Notes under the pieces: generated by a model
What the model was told of the DNA's origin: nothing
The model's database searches: none
What the model saw: the letters and a program-made list of their open reading frames with translations, nothing else
Assembly (NCBI GenBank): GCA_003971905.1
Contig: RSEE01000009.1
Location: 558,001 to 622,000, forward strand
Origin: Moniliella sp. 'wahieum'
Lineage: Eukaryota
Length of the DNA: 64,000 bases
Direction of reading: 5' to 3'
Position numbers and translations under genes: made by a program
Part shown: piece after piece, positions 25,678 through 38,876 of the stretch
Position numbering within the stretch: the stretch's first letter is position 1
Layout of the letters: each line of letters starts with the position of its first letter

Positions 25678-26740
25678 ATGACCATTCTCAACATCCACGC
25701 TGGCCCCCTCGCGCCCTTTGCGTTGCGCCTTCGTGCCGACGATTCACTCTCCACCCTTCTCTCTCGCGCCGCAAAAAAGCTCGGGTCCCGCCCGAAAACG
25801 CTTCCGTGCGCTACGCCTGGCATGGAGAACAGTTCACTCTCGAGGACGACGATGACTGGGACATCTTTGTCAACCGCGTCAAGCAACTGTCCGAGTCCAC
25901 GGTCTATCTCGACAGTCCAGCCCTGCCCCAGGAAAAGGAGCCCCTCAATCGCCTTGGTGCACCTCCCGCTGGCACGCCACAGACTGTACGTGACGGACCG
26001 GGAGCTGCGGACGTGCCCTCTGCCCCTGCCGCTGGCGCAGCCTCCACGCGAGGCGGTGTGGACAAGGTGTCCGTTCAGCGGCTCGATTCGGTTCATGCCA
26101 AGGCACTGGATAGCCAGACGCTTGCCGCTAGCAATATGACGACAGGGCGGGACAGCATCCTCTACCCTACCGCACCTACCCCGGCCGCGCCCCCCGGTTG
26201 GGCCCCTGGCCCGACACCGGAACCCAACCTCCGGAATCCTGCCGCGGAAGCCTTGTCAATGCGGAGTAAGAAGACGCCTACCGAGGATGGCACTCTCCCC
26301 CCTCCCGCACACAAGCTCGCCTTCCAACAATTCCACAGTCAGCTCGGCGTACGCCTGCTGCGCGGCAGCCTCGGCCCCGTGCACGATGTGCCCATGATGC
26401 TCAAGGAAGGCTACCGCCATGTCTATGTGAGCCGCAGTTTTGCCCTCGCTCATGGATTTATTCCCAAAGACACCACGCCGGGACGTACGGGTACAATGGA
26501 ATTACCAACTTGGGCAAGTGGCCGGTGCAGGTCGGATCGCGTGCTGTACCTTGCACTGTGATGCTATGTGAGGACTCGTACTTCCCTGTCATCCTCGGTC
26601 GCACTTTTATGGAGAAGCGGGGTGTCCGCACCGACCCGGTTGACCAGACGTCAATCACCTTTATGGACACGGGCGAGCGCGCGGATGTGGAGGTGGTGGT
26701 CGTGCGCGACGAGCACCATGAGCCTGTGGTGATCACTTGA
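25678..26740 (+). CDS. PB1/ubiquitin-like domain + retropepsin (Ddi1 RVP)-like domain protein lacking the catalytic Asp
   Basis: N-term ...SVRYAWHGEQFTLEDDDDWDIF (PB1 OPCA-like). C-term PMMLKEGYRHVYVSRSFA...CTVMLCEDSYFPVILGRTFMEKRG aligns by eye with retropepsin VDSGA...MLLGLDML. Confidence 0.7.
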
Positions 26741-29327
26741 GAGGCTGACTCGTTCCCCAACGTCCGCCTCCCCTTCCCTCCCAGCAGAGAATGTTTTCTT
26801 TCTGTGGTATCCGATATCAAGCTCCAGCTTGTCCCGTTTTCACGGTCAGAAAGGGTTTTGCCTTGGATTCCTTGCTTCTTCCACCACGATCGTTGCGCTG
26901 CTCGTACTTTTCTTCTGGTTATTATTCAACCCACTACCCTTTGGTTACCTTTTGTTATTAACGCTGTCGTATCCTTCCTGAGCCATGCTGCCTGGCACAT
27001 GTCGCATCTCTTCGTAGACGTATGGACAGCTGTGGGTGCTGGCCCTGGTGCTGTTAATGCCGTCGCAAAGTATCGTGGACAGGGAAGGTATCATGGGCGG
27101 CAACGGTCGAAGGAACCTCCAGACCAAAACCGACAGTGAATAGTCTTCCTGCCCCACAAAGGAATCATGCCAACAGCGTTTCGGCTGACGAAATCCGCGA
27201 CTGGGGAAAGCGATCCAAACAAATAGCTTTTGACCGCCCAGAAGAAGTTCACGAACCCCTTCCTCACGGCACTGCCCGCTCACGGCACACTCCAAAACTG
27301 GGAGAACGAGTTCTACAGACACACACAACGATCTGGAGACGTGTGGGCGTATCCGCAACTGGCACGTATTGTTAAGCAGGGATGAACGGGTTTTTTTATC
27401 ATCATGCACGAAGACTAGCTTGTTCCTCTCAGTGGGTAGGGTCAAGGTTAGTGCAATTGCGGTGTCCATCAAGCTGTGGGCCACTCTGACCACGTTTTAC
27501 TCTGTGAAGTGAATACCCCCTTTTCATGTTGTGCAAGCATGTTATGGAAGATAAATTCTTCGTTTCTGGGGTCTGACTACCCCTCCCCTCTTCGTCTTTT
27601 GGCTCGACTAGGCATGGCGAACATGGAGATGTGCACCACGAGATCAGGGAGCCCTCTCCTGGGTTTACCTTTATATTCTGACCACCCGCGCTAGTAGCGT
27701 GGGCTGAGCCAGATCCCTCCAACTAACCACGGGCACACGTCGATACTCATGTTTGGTTCGAGAGCTTCAGCCCACCTAAGACTGCACGTCGAGATGGTGC
27801 TCTCCATACGCAGATGGTCTTCCTCCTTGTGGCATAAAAGGCAGTAACCACCTCCCCGATTGGGGGAAGCTATCCAAGGAGAGGTCCCTATGTCCTACTT
27901 TCATTCATTTCCAATCCTTGTCCAGGGGCATTGGCAGCATGCAGGTGTTTATTGGACCATTATTGGAGGTTTGTATTGGTGCAAAAGTATCTGGGTTGAC
28001 TTTTATCCGAACAGATGTGGGTGGCGCTTCCCTTGCTCCCGGCCTGTCTAGTATATAATACCACGCTTACTCCAATATGGATTTGGGCATATAGGTGGCA
28101 GCCTCTCAGCATAGAAGTAGTATACAACAGAACATAGCTAATCGAAAATGCTGGTAACAAGGTTCCGGGTAGATATGTGAGGACTACGTACAAAATTCAA
28201 GGTGGGCAGGCCCACAAGATTGTGCGCAAGAAATTTCGATTAGCTATGAAGAGAAGTTCGGTGCTATATATATGCATTGATTCGGCATGATGTTGTCTTG
28301 GGTTTCACCTCTCCTCTAAAAGTAGCTGGCATCTCACCATGGCTCGGCCCCAAGTGGAAGAAGGCACCCTTGTACCCGACAATGTCGGTATTGTTGGTGG
28401 TCGATGATGTACCGATATGGCGGACGGATGCGAACTACTAAGATAGTTTTACTGTCGAGACATGCGGATGAAGCTTTTCAGCTTATCGAACCTTGACGAC
28501 TGAAAGATGGAGACCAAAAAAGGTACTGAAGCTTGAAAGACTGTCATCGATCACGGCAATGTTTTAACCCAAAGGGCTCTGAGATCAGACGCATCTGATG
28601 GGTCCACGATGATGCAGATGATGGGATGATGCGCTAGTGAGCCGGTGAAGCTGGTGAAGCTTCTTTGTCTTGCGGGAGACGGGGGCAAGAGACGAACAAA
28701 AGCGGGAGGTAACCGTGGCTTGCAGAGGCGGAGGCGGAGGCGGAGACCGACGGCAGACATGGGCCCACCAGAGAAGACGTTTTGCTCTGACAATGGCAAA
28801 TGGAGCATAGCCCAGTGCTTGTTGCGGTCTCGCCAAAGGCGTTCAGACGTGCAGGCCAGTTGGCCCTCAGCACATCAGCGCTCAGGCCCTCAGGGCGCCG
28901 AGGCTCAGCGCCGAGGCTCAGCACACATCAGCACCGATGCATGATGGCGCTCCTGCTGATGCACTGATGCAGCCGACAGGCAACTGTGCGCCCAGTAGAG
29001 CGCTGCGATGCCATCCCACCTCGGTCGAAAAAATGGGGGGATCTGCGCGACCGCTTATAGGCGTGATCATCGATTATTTCAGCGCCCCACCGCCAAAATA
29101 TATTATGCCCAGACAGAATAGAGATCGGTGTTTCTCTAGCTTGCCCTTCTGCAACCCTGTTTTCCAGACCCATCTTCGTCTCTGTGTCTTTCCTCTACGC
29201 CACCGCACTGATCCCTCCATCCTGGCCCCTTTTTGCACTTGCTTTGCTTTTTTTCCCCTCTCAAGTTGTGCCACCATCACTTTTGTTCCGTATATTTACC
29301 GCTACATTTCCTGTTCTTCACTTCGAC

Positions 29328-30007
29328 ATGCTTCCAACCTGTGACATCCCCTACGACGATACTGCTTCGGTATGTTCGGCAGTCTCCGAACCCCCCGCCA
29401 CACCCCAACCTCATTCATCGCCAGCAACTTCTCCTACCCTTGCATCAAGAGACGAATGTCCACATGTAGCGACATTCATGGAACGACCGGGCGATCCCCA
29501 TACTAATCACAGCACCACGTCACCCACCTTTCTCGGGAAAGGCAAGGAATCGGTGCGCCCTTTCACTCCAACAAACAACGATGCTTTCCTTCATTCAACG
29601 ACCAACTACCCACTCCCACTTGTACCTACCGTTTCCAACCAACGTGACACGCCCGTGGTGGACTTCAGCCTCGACCAGTCCTTGGACCTCCCTTGTACCC
29701 CCGGCCATCTCGACCGGTCCAGGAGGCGTACTTCCAACGCTTGGTCCGCTTGGGCAGCCTCGCGCCTCCCTGCAATGTGGATGATCTCCCATCTGCGATG
29801 ACTCAGGACACTCATGACGTTCAACCCAGCACCCCGTGCCCGACACGGCCAAGAGCACGGACGTACCCTACCATGACTTCTTCGGCAGCCATTTTTTTTC
29901 CATCAAGCTCTGCTGACTCCCCCACCCAAACTACCCAAGCGAATGGCAAGTCCCAGTCTTCAGACGAGCTCCTCTCCTATCAAGCGGTTCCGCCATCCCA
30001 GCCCTGA
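29328..30007 (+). CDS. Hypothetical Ser/Pro/Thr-rich protein
   Basis: Two overlapping ORFs (29184-29801, 29693-30007) join through a C-run frameshift after a pyrimidine-rich leader; no recognisable domain. Confidence 0.45.
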
Positions 30008-30182
30008 TTAATCCAGAAGAGATCGATTGATCATTTGCGGCGTGCATACACTTTTCCGACGCGACATTAGAACAGGAAAACGAGAGTGGAAGCGTCGATA
30101 ACAAGGGCGAAAGAAAAAATAAAGTAGTACGTAGTTGGTCCCTCATGCCAATCAAGGAGGGGCGAAAAAGAGCCAAGATGCT

Positions 30183-31054
30183 TCACATGATTACACAGTC
30201 TTCGTTGTTCTTGGTGAGCTCATTGGTGAAGTCGCCGCCGCGGAAGCCAGCTTGGGGTGGACCACCGCCACCACCAAGGTACACGATAACTACACCCCGG
30301 TTGTGCGAATCCAGCTTGGCGGACAGGTTTTGTTCTTGCATCATCGACTCGACCGCGGGCTTAATCTTGGCTACGTGGCCGGCAGAATGCTCGCCCTGGC
30401 CCACGATGATGCGGAGTTCGGGCTTGCCCTGACGCCGGGCCTCGGCGACAGCCTTTTGGGTCACGTCCAGCGCCTCCTTGACATAGAGACCATGCAAGTC
30501 CACTTCATTTGCAGCCGAGTCTTGATTGTTGGCCTGGAAGATCCAGCTGGCAGCCTGGGAGTTGAGCTGGTTCATGCGGGCCTTGTGCTGCTCTCCCTCG
30601 TGGACAACTGCTTGGCGCGCGCGCCATCACCAGAAGAATAGGCTTTGTGGGAGGCATCAAACGCGTGGGACATCTTGTCCCCCTCACTGCGCGCTTGGTC
30701 GCGAAGTTTCTTGTACTGGATTGCGACTGTTGACCGCATTGTCCTTATAGTTGGGGCGGACGTTGGCATGGATCCCCTGGGCGGCAGCGTGCCAAGAGGG
30801 GGGTGCTTCGGCCCAGGCGAGGGCTCCGCGCCGCCAGGAGGTGGGGTGGGCGGTGATACTGCTGTTGCGGATACGGTTGTTGTGCTGTTGCTGCTGCTGT
30901 GATGAGCCAGGCACCCCCGGCAGCGGCACCAGCGCCTGCGCCTGCGCCGGCGGCCGCTGCTTCTGCTGGTGATGCTTCCACCAGGTGAAGGCTTTCTTGA
31001 GGCCGCGGAAGATCTGCTTGCGGTGGCGTTTGGAAAATAGAGAACGTCGTCCAT
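30183..31054 (-). CDS. DUF1771 + Smr domain endonuclease with C-terminal CAAX
   Basis: YKKLRDQARSEGDKM..AFDASHKAY..GDGARAKQLS (DUF1771); Smr EVDLHGLYVKEA...RIIVGQGEHS...IKPAV...NRGVVIV; ends EDCVIM-stop. Confidence 0.9.
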
Positions 31055-31457
31055 GGTGAGCGTGGCGCACGGGGCGGGGTGCGATGAATACAGGAGTGCG
31101 GGCAGGAGGCAGGCGGAAGGGAGAGGAAGGGCGGGAGGGGTGGGGGCAGGCGGGGGTGGTGGTAGGGGCGAAGCCCGAATGCTTGGCGTGGCTTGTGTCT
31201 TGCAACGCGCGCCCCTTGCTGGGCCAACTGGGGGCGCCAAACAAACAAAAAATGCAGTGCAGGCTGCTATCACATGCATGCATCACCCTCCCAGTTGAAA
31301 TGTGCAATGTGTGCTGACATAAGACACACGACGCGCGCGTCGGAGGGCAGGCTGGGCTTGGAATTGCACGCGGCAGAGCGCGTTGGGGTGGTTAAGCGGT
31401 GATGGCCAGCCACAATATTGGATGCTCGTGACGCTCAGCCATCGCCTCCACCCTCTC

Positions 31458-33463
31458 ATGCCATCCACCCAGAGCAGCAGTCGCCCCAGCAGTAGCGCCA
31501 CCGCCACCGCCGCCGCACCGCCACTGCCCCCGCCCCCCCCGCACGTCCTTGCGGCAGCTCTGCCAGCTCACGCCCATCGAGGCTGCGGCCTGCGCCCAGG
31601 TGAGCTGATCCTGCCCTGTTCGGCGCGTGCATCGCTGACTGGCCCGTCTCATGGCTTCCCTCTGCCTACCTCCTGCTGCCCAGCGTCAGTGACCGAACCG
31701 CTCCACCTGCTTTTGCCCTCGTCCAAGCAGCGCGCTATTTTGACCGCCCGCCTCACGCGCCACAGTCCTGCCGCGTCTGACACGGCCGCCAATGCTCTGA
31801 CCCAGTTGCAAAGCCGTGTCCGCAGAACAGCCCTCCCGTCTCAACCCCCCTCAGCCTATTGCACATCGGATGCTAGCACACACCAGCGGCCAAGCGTGCG
31901 CGTCTGGATATATCCCCGGCCCTCTCTTCCCCGCCTGCCTAACACAGAGAGACGAAACGTTGTGCTGTCCACTCCTGGACAAGACATCGAGGCGAGGGCT
32001 TCGATTGACCGTTCTTTCTGGCCGAACACTCCAGCCAGACCGAGAGAAACAGCATTGGGTGGTCCTGGATCTCAGCTGGACTTGTCGCCTCCTTCTCCCA
32101 TCCTCTTCAGCCACGGCCTCATCGTTGAGCGGGACAAAACGACCAGTCTCTCCACCTACTACCGGAAGGTGCTCGAGCGAGAAGGAAATCAGTTTAGTTA
32201 CGGTAGACTCGATTTCAACGGGTATTCCCTCATTGGATACAACACTGGGAGGAGGGTTGCGATACGGTACCATTACGGAACTGGTAGGGACGGGAAGCTC
32301 AGGGAAGACCCAAATGGCACTCTCCACTGTGGCCTGCATGCTCACTTCTCCCGGCAACGAGGATGCGCATGCAGCCCTCATTGTCTCGGGTGGACGCGCT
32401 GCTTCTGCTCGCGCTGTCCGACGCATTTCGGATATGGTCCGCGCTCGTCTGGCCCGGAAAATGAAGCCCATCACTCCCCCCTCTGCTATCCCTCCACTCC
32501 CGTGCCCGAGCCCTCAGCCTCGGGAGTTTTCCGTACTCAGACGCCACCCTCGGCCAGTGGGATCTTTCGGGTCCGTCGAACCGCGCCGAGTGCAACTCCG
32601 TTTCGTTCCAGCTCCGATACCGAGTTTGATTTGCCTGGCGATGGAGGCAGCGATTCGGATGGCGACGTATCCTTTTCTCGTTTTCCTCACAGCATCAAGC
32701 CGCACGCCAAGTCACGCCTCTTGGACACTCTCGTTGCCGAGGTACTGAGCCGTGTGCAATCACTACTTCTCCCTACTGGCCTGCCTTCCAGGCCATGATC
32801 GAGGAGGGGCTCCCTGCATTGGACCGGGCCACCCAAGGCCGTCTCCGGCTGATCGTGCTCGACAGTTTACCTGTTTTAGCAGAGGTGGACGAGGGGAGTG
32901 AAGGTGGCAACACCATTCAAGCCCGCCTTGAGAGCGCCCGTCGCTTGTCCACCCTTTCGACCAGCCTCAAGAAGCTTGCCACCCCTGGCTTGCCAGGGAG
33001 TAATCGTGCTGGAGCCGTGATTTGGCAGTGAATCATGTGCGTGACTACAGCTCCCACGGCCGCCCACTGGACTCGGAGGTTGAACAGGCTGATGGCCACT
33101 TGTGGGATGCACCTCGATTAACTCTCAAACGCTCACTCGACCGGAGAGACGGTTTTCGTCCTCACCCCACAGACCCCGTGGTGGCCCAGTTAGGTCCGGT
33201 CTGGTCCAGCTGCATCCATGCGCGTCTCATCCTTCGTCGGAAACCCCGCCGTGCATCCCTGTCTTCCCACGTGCCGGAGGAAGGCGACGCAGAGGAGTAC
33301 GCCCTCTCCCCCCAACGCCAGCTCGGGATCGCATTTTGCTTGCTTGGCTCCTGCTGCAGGCCAAGGGGTGGAAGCGGTGGACTTTCGGATCAGTTCTGCA
33401 GGATCCATGCTGTACCTATCAGGCTCATTAACGATTCAAGAAGGTTTCCTGCTATGTATGTGA
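31458..33463 (+). CDS. RAD57: RecA/Rad51 paralog (Rad57/XRCC3-like)
   Basis: ISTGIPSLDTTLGGGLRYGTITELVGTGSSGKTQMAL (Walker A), LRLIVLDSL (Walker B), AVNHV, LGPVWSSCIHARLIL, DFRISSAG. Paralog identity is inferred. Confidence 0.75.
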
Positions 33464-33514
33464 GGAGTGATGGAGGAGGATACGATTTCATACAAACCAT
33501 TAGATTGCTCCGCA

Positions 33515-34554
33515 TCAACAGCCAGGGTTTTGCAGACCCGTTCCGCTGGGGAGGTAGGCCGTCCGAGTATCGGGGCCAGTGTAGTTCATCGCCTTGAGCG
33601 CAAGGGCGGTCGCATCCTTGGGCTGGTACGCACCTACCTGCAGGTCAACCAGCTTCGCCGCTGCTTTGGCCGCCTTCTCAGCCGCATGGGTCTGCAACTT
33701 TTGGCCCAAGCGCAACCGGTTCTTGTTCTTCCGCGCCTCCTTAGCTGCCTGCTCGGCCGACTCTTGGGCTGCCTTGCGCGCCGGGGCCAGCAAGTGCCGC
33801 GGGATGGCCGTCGAGTGGTCCCACAGTTCGGCCCGCTCCTGGTGCTGAGCATGCCGATGGGCTTCCAGTCCTTGGGCACCAGGACGTTGCCCAGACGAGG
33901 GAGAGAGTCCTTGTCAATAAACTCTGTCGCTACGGGCAGACAGGCGGAGCCAATGCGGAGAACTGAAAGGAAGGAAAATGTCAGCAGGGAGAGAACAGGC
34001 CAGGCGGGACACAGTGTACCTACTCTCGCGCGCAATTTCAGGCTTGATGTCAACGGGGCCTCCAATCTCAAAGATCACGCGCCCCACCGGCACACGGCAC
34101 ATCCAGTGAGAAAGGAGCCCTTTCCACCGCCCATACGGGACTCGTCACCCTTGACACAGACGGGATGTCAGGGAACACCTTCATCCACATCTGGCCACCC
34201 TTGACGGCACGCAAATGACGACGGATGCTCTGCCCGCAGGCGTCGAGCTGGCGGGCGGTCATGCGGCTGGGGTAGAGGGCACGGATGCCAAAGGAACCCT
34301 CGGTCAGGAGCGTGCCCTTGATGGAGCCGCCAATGCGAGTGGGGACTCGGCCCTTGTGGGATTTCTTGTGCTTGGTGCGGCGCGGAGCAATGTTACCGGC
34401 ATGGCGCACCTGGTCGGGCGGGCGAAGGAGGCGGCGAGGGCTGGGAGGGCCGGAAGGGCGCCGGGGAGCATGCGGGGGGCACGCGCTGCACCGAGGGACG
34501 CACGCTGGCGCCCACGAGGGCGCTCAGTCCAGTGCGCAAGCCAGCTGCGAGCAT
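33515..34554 (-). CDS. MRPL16: Mitochondrial ribosomal protein uL16m
   Basis: APRRTKHKKSHKGRVPTRIGGSIKGT, MWMKVFPDIP, VPVGRVIFEIGG; Arg/Ala-rich presequence; one intron. Confidence 0.92.
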
Positions 34555-35169
34555 TGTGTGCCGGCGTCGGTTGCGAGCACGTGGGCGGCGGTGAGAAGGT
34601 GGCCAGCAGAAGGTGCGAGGCGGGATGCTGAGGTAAGCGGCGGGTTAGTGTGCAGGCACCATGGGCGGAATGGAGGCGGAAGCGGCTGGGGGTGCACGTG
34701 TCAACGGGTGCGTTACGTCAGCGTTCGTGTCGTGGTGCAGGGGCCGACTGGGGACGCGTGGTCACAGGCAGGCATGGTGATGCTGTTTGTTTTTCAGGCG
34801 GGCTGCCGAGCGGACGAGACGATGAGGCGATGGGCGACGGCGGGCTGTTCCAGTGCTGTTCCAGGCTGTTCGGCAGGCTGTGCTCGGCGAAGCGTCAAGC
34901 TAAGCTGCTGCTTCCCGCACGCGTGGCTTGCCCCCACCCCCACCACTCGGTTGCCCCTGGCCCCCGTTGCGCTGGCCGCCTGCCGTTCTGCGCCCAGCGT
35001 CCTGCGTTCTGCCCAGCCACCGCACCACCCCCTCCTCTCTGCCCGCTCCGCCAAAGCATGTCCCCGGCCCCCTGACGCCGCCCCGCCGCCCCACCGCCCG
35101 CCCACTCGTCCCCCCTCGCCCGTTCCCTGTCCTGCGCTTTCGACCCCGGCTCCTCCCATCCATCGCCCC

Positions 35170-36297
35170 ATGTCCTACAGTGGCCCTGCCGCCCCGCACT
35201 ACCTCGGCCTCGCCCCCTCCCTGCGCACCAGTGGGCCCTCGCCCCTTGCTGGCCACCCTACTCCCACCTCCCCGGAGCAGCCCCGGCTGTGTCCTCGTCC
35301 TCGTCCGTCCACGTCCACGTCCAACTCTGTTTACTCTCTCATATCCCAGCTCTGCTACCGCCCCCCCTTCCCTTCCTCCTCAGGAGCGCCGGAACAGCGA
35401 CAGTGCCCGGGAATTTGCTCTTCTTGAGCTTAGCAAGAAGCGGGAGCAGTATGGCGATCTTGCCCTGGTACTCTGGCACAGCTTTGGTATGTCTCTACTT
35501 TCTCGCCCCCCTCTCTCCCGACAGCGCCAACTGACATGGGCCCCTCGCTTCCAGGTGTGATGCCTACTCTCATCCAAGAAATCATTGCGGTCTACCCCCT
35601 TTTGTCACCCCCCGCTTTGACAGCCCAGGCTTCCAATCGAGTGTGCAATGCGCTGGCCTTGATGCAGTGCATTGCCTCGCACAGCGAGACCCGTCCCCTT
35701 TTTTTGCAGGCCCAGACCCCCCTGCTTCTCTACCCGTTCCTCAACACCACCTCCAAGGCGCGGCCGTTTGAGTACCTGCGCCTCACTTCCCTCGGTGTGA
35801 TTGGCGCGCTGGTCAAGCAGAACGACAACACCGAAGTCATCCAGTTTTTGCTTAGCACCGAGATTATTCCTCTGTCTCTCCGCATCATGGAGACAGGCTC
35901 CGAGCTGAGCAAGACGGTTGCTATTTTTATCGTTCAGAAAATCCTGCTCGACGATACGGGTTGGCATACGTTTGCCAGACCTACGAGCGCTTTTCTGCGG
36001 TGGCGCAAGTTTGAGTAACATCACCAAGCAAATCGTTGATACCAATTCCGTGCGTCTGCTCAAGCATGTCGTGCGCTGCTATTTGCGTCTGAGTGACAAC
36101 CCACGGGCCCGTGAGGCTTTGCGTTCTTGCCTGCCTTCGCCGTTGCGGGATGCGACTTTTTCGCAATTGCTCAAGGATGATCATGTAAGCCTGCCCACTT
36201 GCAACCCCTACCCCCCATTCACGTACTGACGTTTCTCTCAAAGATCACGAAGCGATGTTTGGCGACGCTCCTGCTCAACTTGGCCGAGACCCGGTGA
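35170..36297 (+). CDS. CAF40: CCR4-NOT subunit Caf40/Rcd1 (CNOT9)
   Basis: [86 protein letters not shown]; two introns. Confidence 0.95.
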
Positions 36298-37186
36298 CGG
36301 CACGCTTTACCGCCCCTTCGTGGCTCGAAAGTTAAAAGTGTACAACACAGTCTCCCCCATCCCTCAGCTATTCCGCTTCATCTCTCAGATCTCATACCTT
36401 CCCCCCCCTCTTCCCGTTCCCCCTTCCTAGGCGCCTTTTGTCCCGCGCGGCCAACTGATCAACCTCTCACGAGCACGTTGACAGGCACTAATTTGTTGTC
36501 ATGCTGTATTCTCGCACCTTTATAGCGCCCCTTGCATGCCGTCCCCCTCATGCTCTCTGAATTTGACCTCATGCGCCACGCTTTCCTCACATTGTCGGCT
36601 CTGCAGGTGTGAATGTGCATTGGTTTTACTATAGCTTACCCAACTCGACCTAGTTCCGCATACCACACCTTGGGAGTCGACCCTATTGTGAGCCATGGAA
36701 AGCCATACTTAGCGCAGTTCTTCAGAGGTTGGACGCCGATCACCCCCCTCAGGACCGAGATAAGTGGTTTGGTGAATGGGGTTTTCCAATCCGAGTAGAT
36801 GTGGTGCATTGCACAGTGCTATACGGCCTGCTAGTATGCACGATGGCCGAACGGTGGTCAAGCTGGACGGACCGACGAGATCGGTGGGAAGGCTATTCCT
36901 AAGATCCTCAAGAACGCTTATATAACTGCCAAGCGATACAATCCTCCTGTCTGCCTCCTTCCCCCGCCGGCCCCGGGCGGGACTAAAGACTAAAGTGCGC
37001 GCCCCAGAACGACGCCACCGGCCACCGGCCAACGTCCGACTGAGCGCTTTTATTAACCACCTCATTTTGGCCCGTGCACAACGCCGCTGTCCTTCAAGTT
37101 TCACGTTGGCTTGCAAGCCCCCCCTCCTCTCTTCTCACTCGCTGTGAGCAGCCTTCGGCGCCCCAGCCACCACCGCCACTTTTTTC

Positions 37187-38293
37187 ATGTCGTCTGAGCA
37201 CCCCATCATTGTCGGCACCGCCTCCTCCAATGGTGCGCACGTTGTGCCCCGCACAGGCGGACCAGCGTCTGGCCGCTCTGAGGGATCCAACGTCGGTACC
37301 TTTGGCGTCAAGAGTGGCCTGGCCCAGATGCTGAAAGGGGCGTGATCATGGTACGCTCCTCTTTTTCGTCGCTTTTCGGGCTGGGTGACTGAAAACTCGA
37401 TGGCTTTTAGGACGTGACCAACCCGGAACAGGCACGGATCGCCGAGGAAGCCGGTGCGGCCGCGGTCATGGCGCTCGAACGAGTGCCCGCCGACATTCGT
37501 GTCCAAGGCGGGGTGGCTCGCATGTCGGACCCCAATGATCAAGGAGATTATCAATGCGGTCAGCATCCCGGTTATGGCCAAATGCAGGATCGGGCACATT
37601 GTACGTCTGCGCCTGTCGGTTCCTGCCCACGTTACCGCTGTGGGATACGAGCTGACTGAGGGTGTGCAGGTTGAGGCCCAGATCCTGCAGGCGATCGATG
37701 TGGACTACATTGACGAATCCGAGGTGCTCACGCCTGCCGACAATGTGCATCATATCAACAAGCATCCTTTCAAGGTCCCCTTTGTATGTGGCTGCCGCAA
37801 TCTTGGCGAAGCATTGCGTCGGATCAGCGAGGGCGCCGCCATGATTCGGACCAAGGGCGAGGCTGGCACAGGCAATGTGGTTGAGGCAGTCGGGCACATG
37901 CGGACCGTGCAGGCGGAGATCCGCAAGGTGGCAAGTATGAGTGATGAGGAGCTGTATGCGTATGCCAAGGAGATTTCAGCCCCGTATCATTTGCTTAAGG
38001 AGACCGCTCGGCTCAAGCGTCTTCCCGTCGTCAACTTTGCTGCGGGGGGGATTGCCACCCCGGCCGATGCGGCACTGCTGCGTACGCTGGGCGCTGACGG
38101 CGTGTTTGTTGGTTCGGGCGTCTTTGCTGCTGAGGGCGACCCACGTGAGCGTGCCAAGGCAATTGTGGCCGCTGTCACCCACTGGGATAATCCCGAGATA
38201 CTGGCCAAGATCTCGGAAAACGTCACGGCAATGGTGGGACTGACGATTGATTCAAAGATGCCTGGAGGGCGGCTGGCTGGCCGTGGCTGGTAA
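37187..38293 (+). CDS. PDX1: Pyridoxal 5'-phosphate synthase subunit Pdx1/Snz1
   Basis: [72 protein letters not shown]; ends RLAGRGW. Confidence 0.96.
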
Positions 38294-38876
38294 CCCGATA
38301 ATCACTTGAAATACCGGTGGGCCATGGCCCTCCGACTCGCAAAAGGTGCATGATGCACCATGATGGATTGGTTGTTGCTGTCTGTTGAATTCATCTTTTC
38401 GGGGCTTCCTTATCCCACAAGCATATCCTCTGAGGGTGACTGGATTGCATGTTGGGGTTTAGGACCATTTTTGCCGTCGCCACCGCCGCAGCTGTCGCCA
38501 CAGGCAGATACAACGGGTTCTCCAGATCATGCCGCCCATGACAACGGAACGGCATTGACTTTGCCCTGTTCACGATGAGACTGTTTTCAAGTACAGAGAT
38601 GAGGGGCGGGGACGATAATGTGTTTACAGTGTGAATTTTTCGGGGTAGTTGCGGCGTTGTCGCCATTGGCCGAGCTTTTGTCATGCACACCATGTCCTGT
38701 TGGGGGCCCGTGGGGCATGGTGTGCGGCCGACATCTTTTCTTTCCGCTACTGTTGGCAAGCCAGTTAAATCCCAGGATCAGCCCTCTGTCACGTGACCAC
38801 TGCGAACCATTTCAATGTCCATTCTCCTCTGTGGTTAGCTGGCCTGCCTGTTCACCACCAGCTTTTCCATCCCATC

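Noticed and set aside
26945..27493. Short ORFs downstream of the PB1-retropepsin-like gene
   Set aside because: No motifs; compatible with 3' UTR or intergenic sequence.
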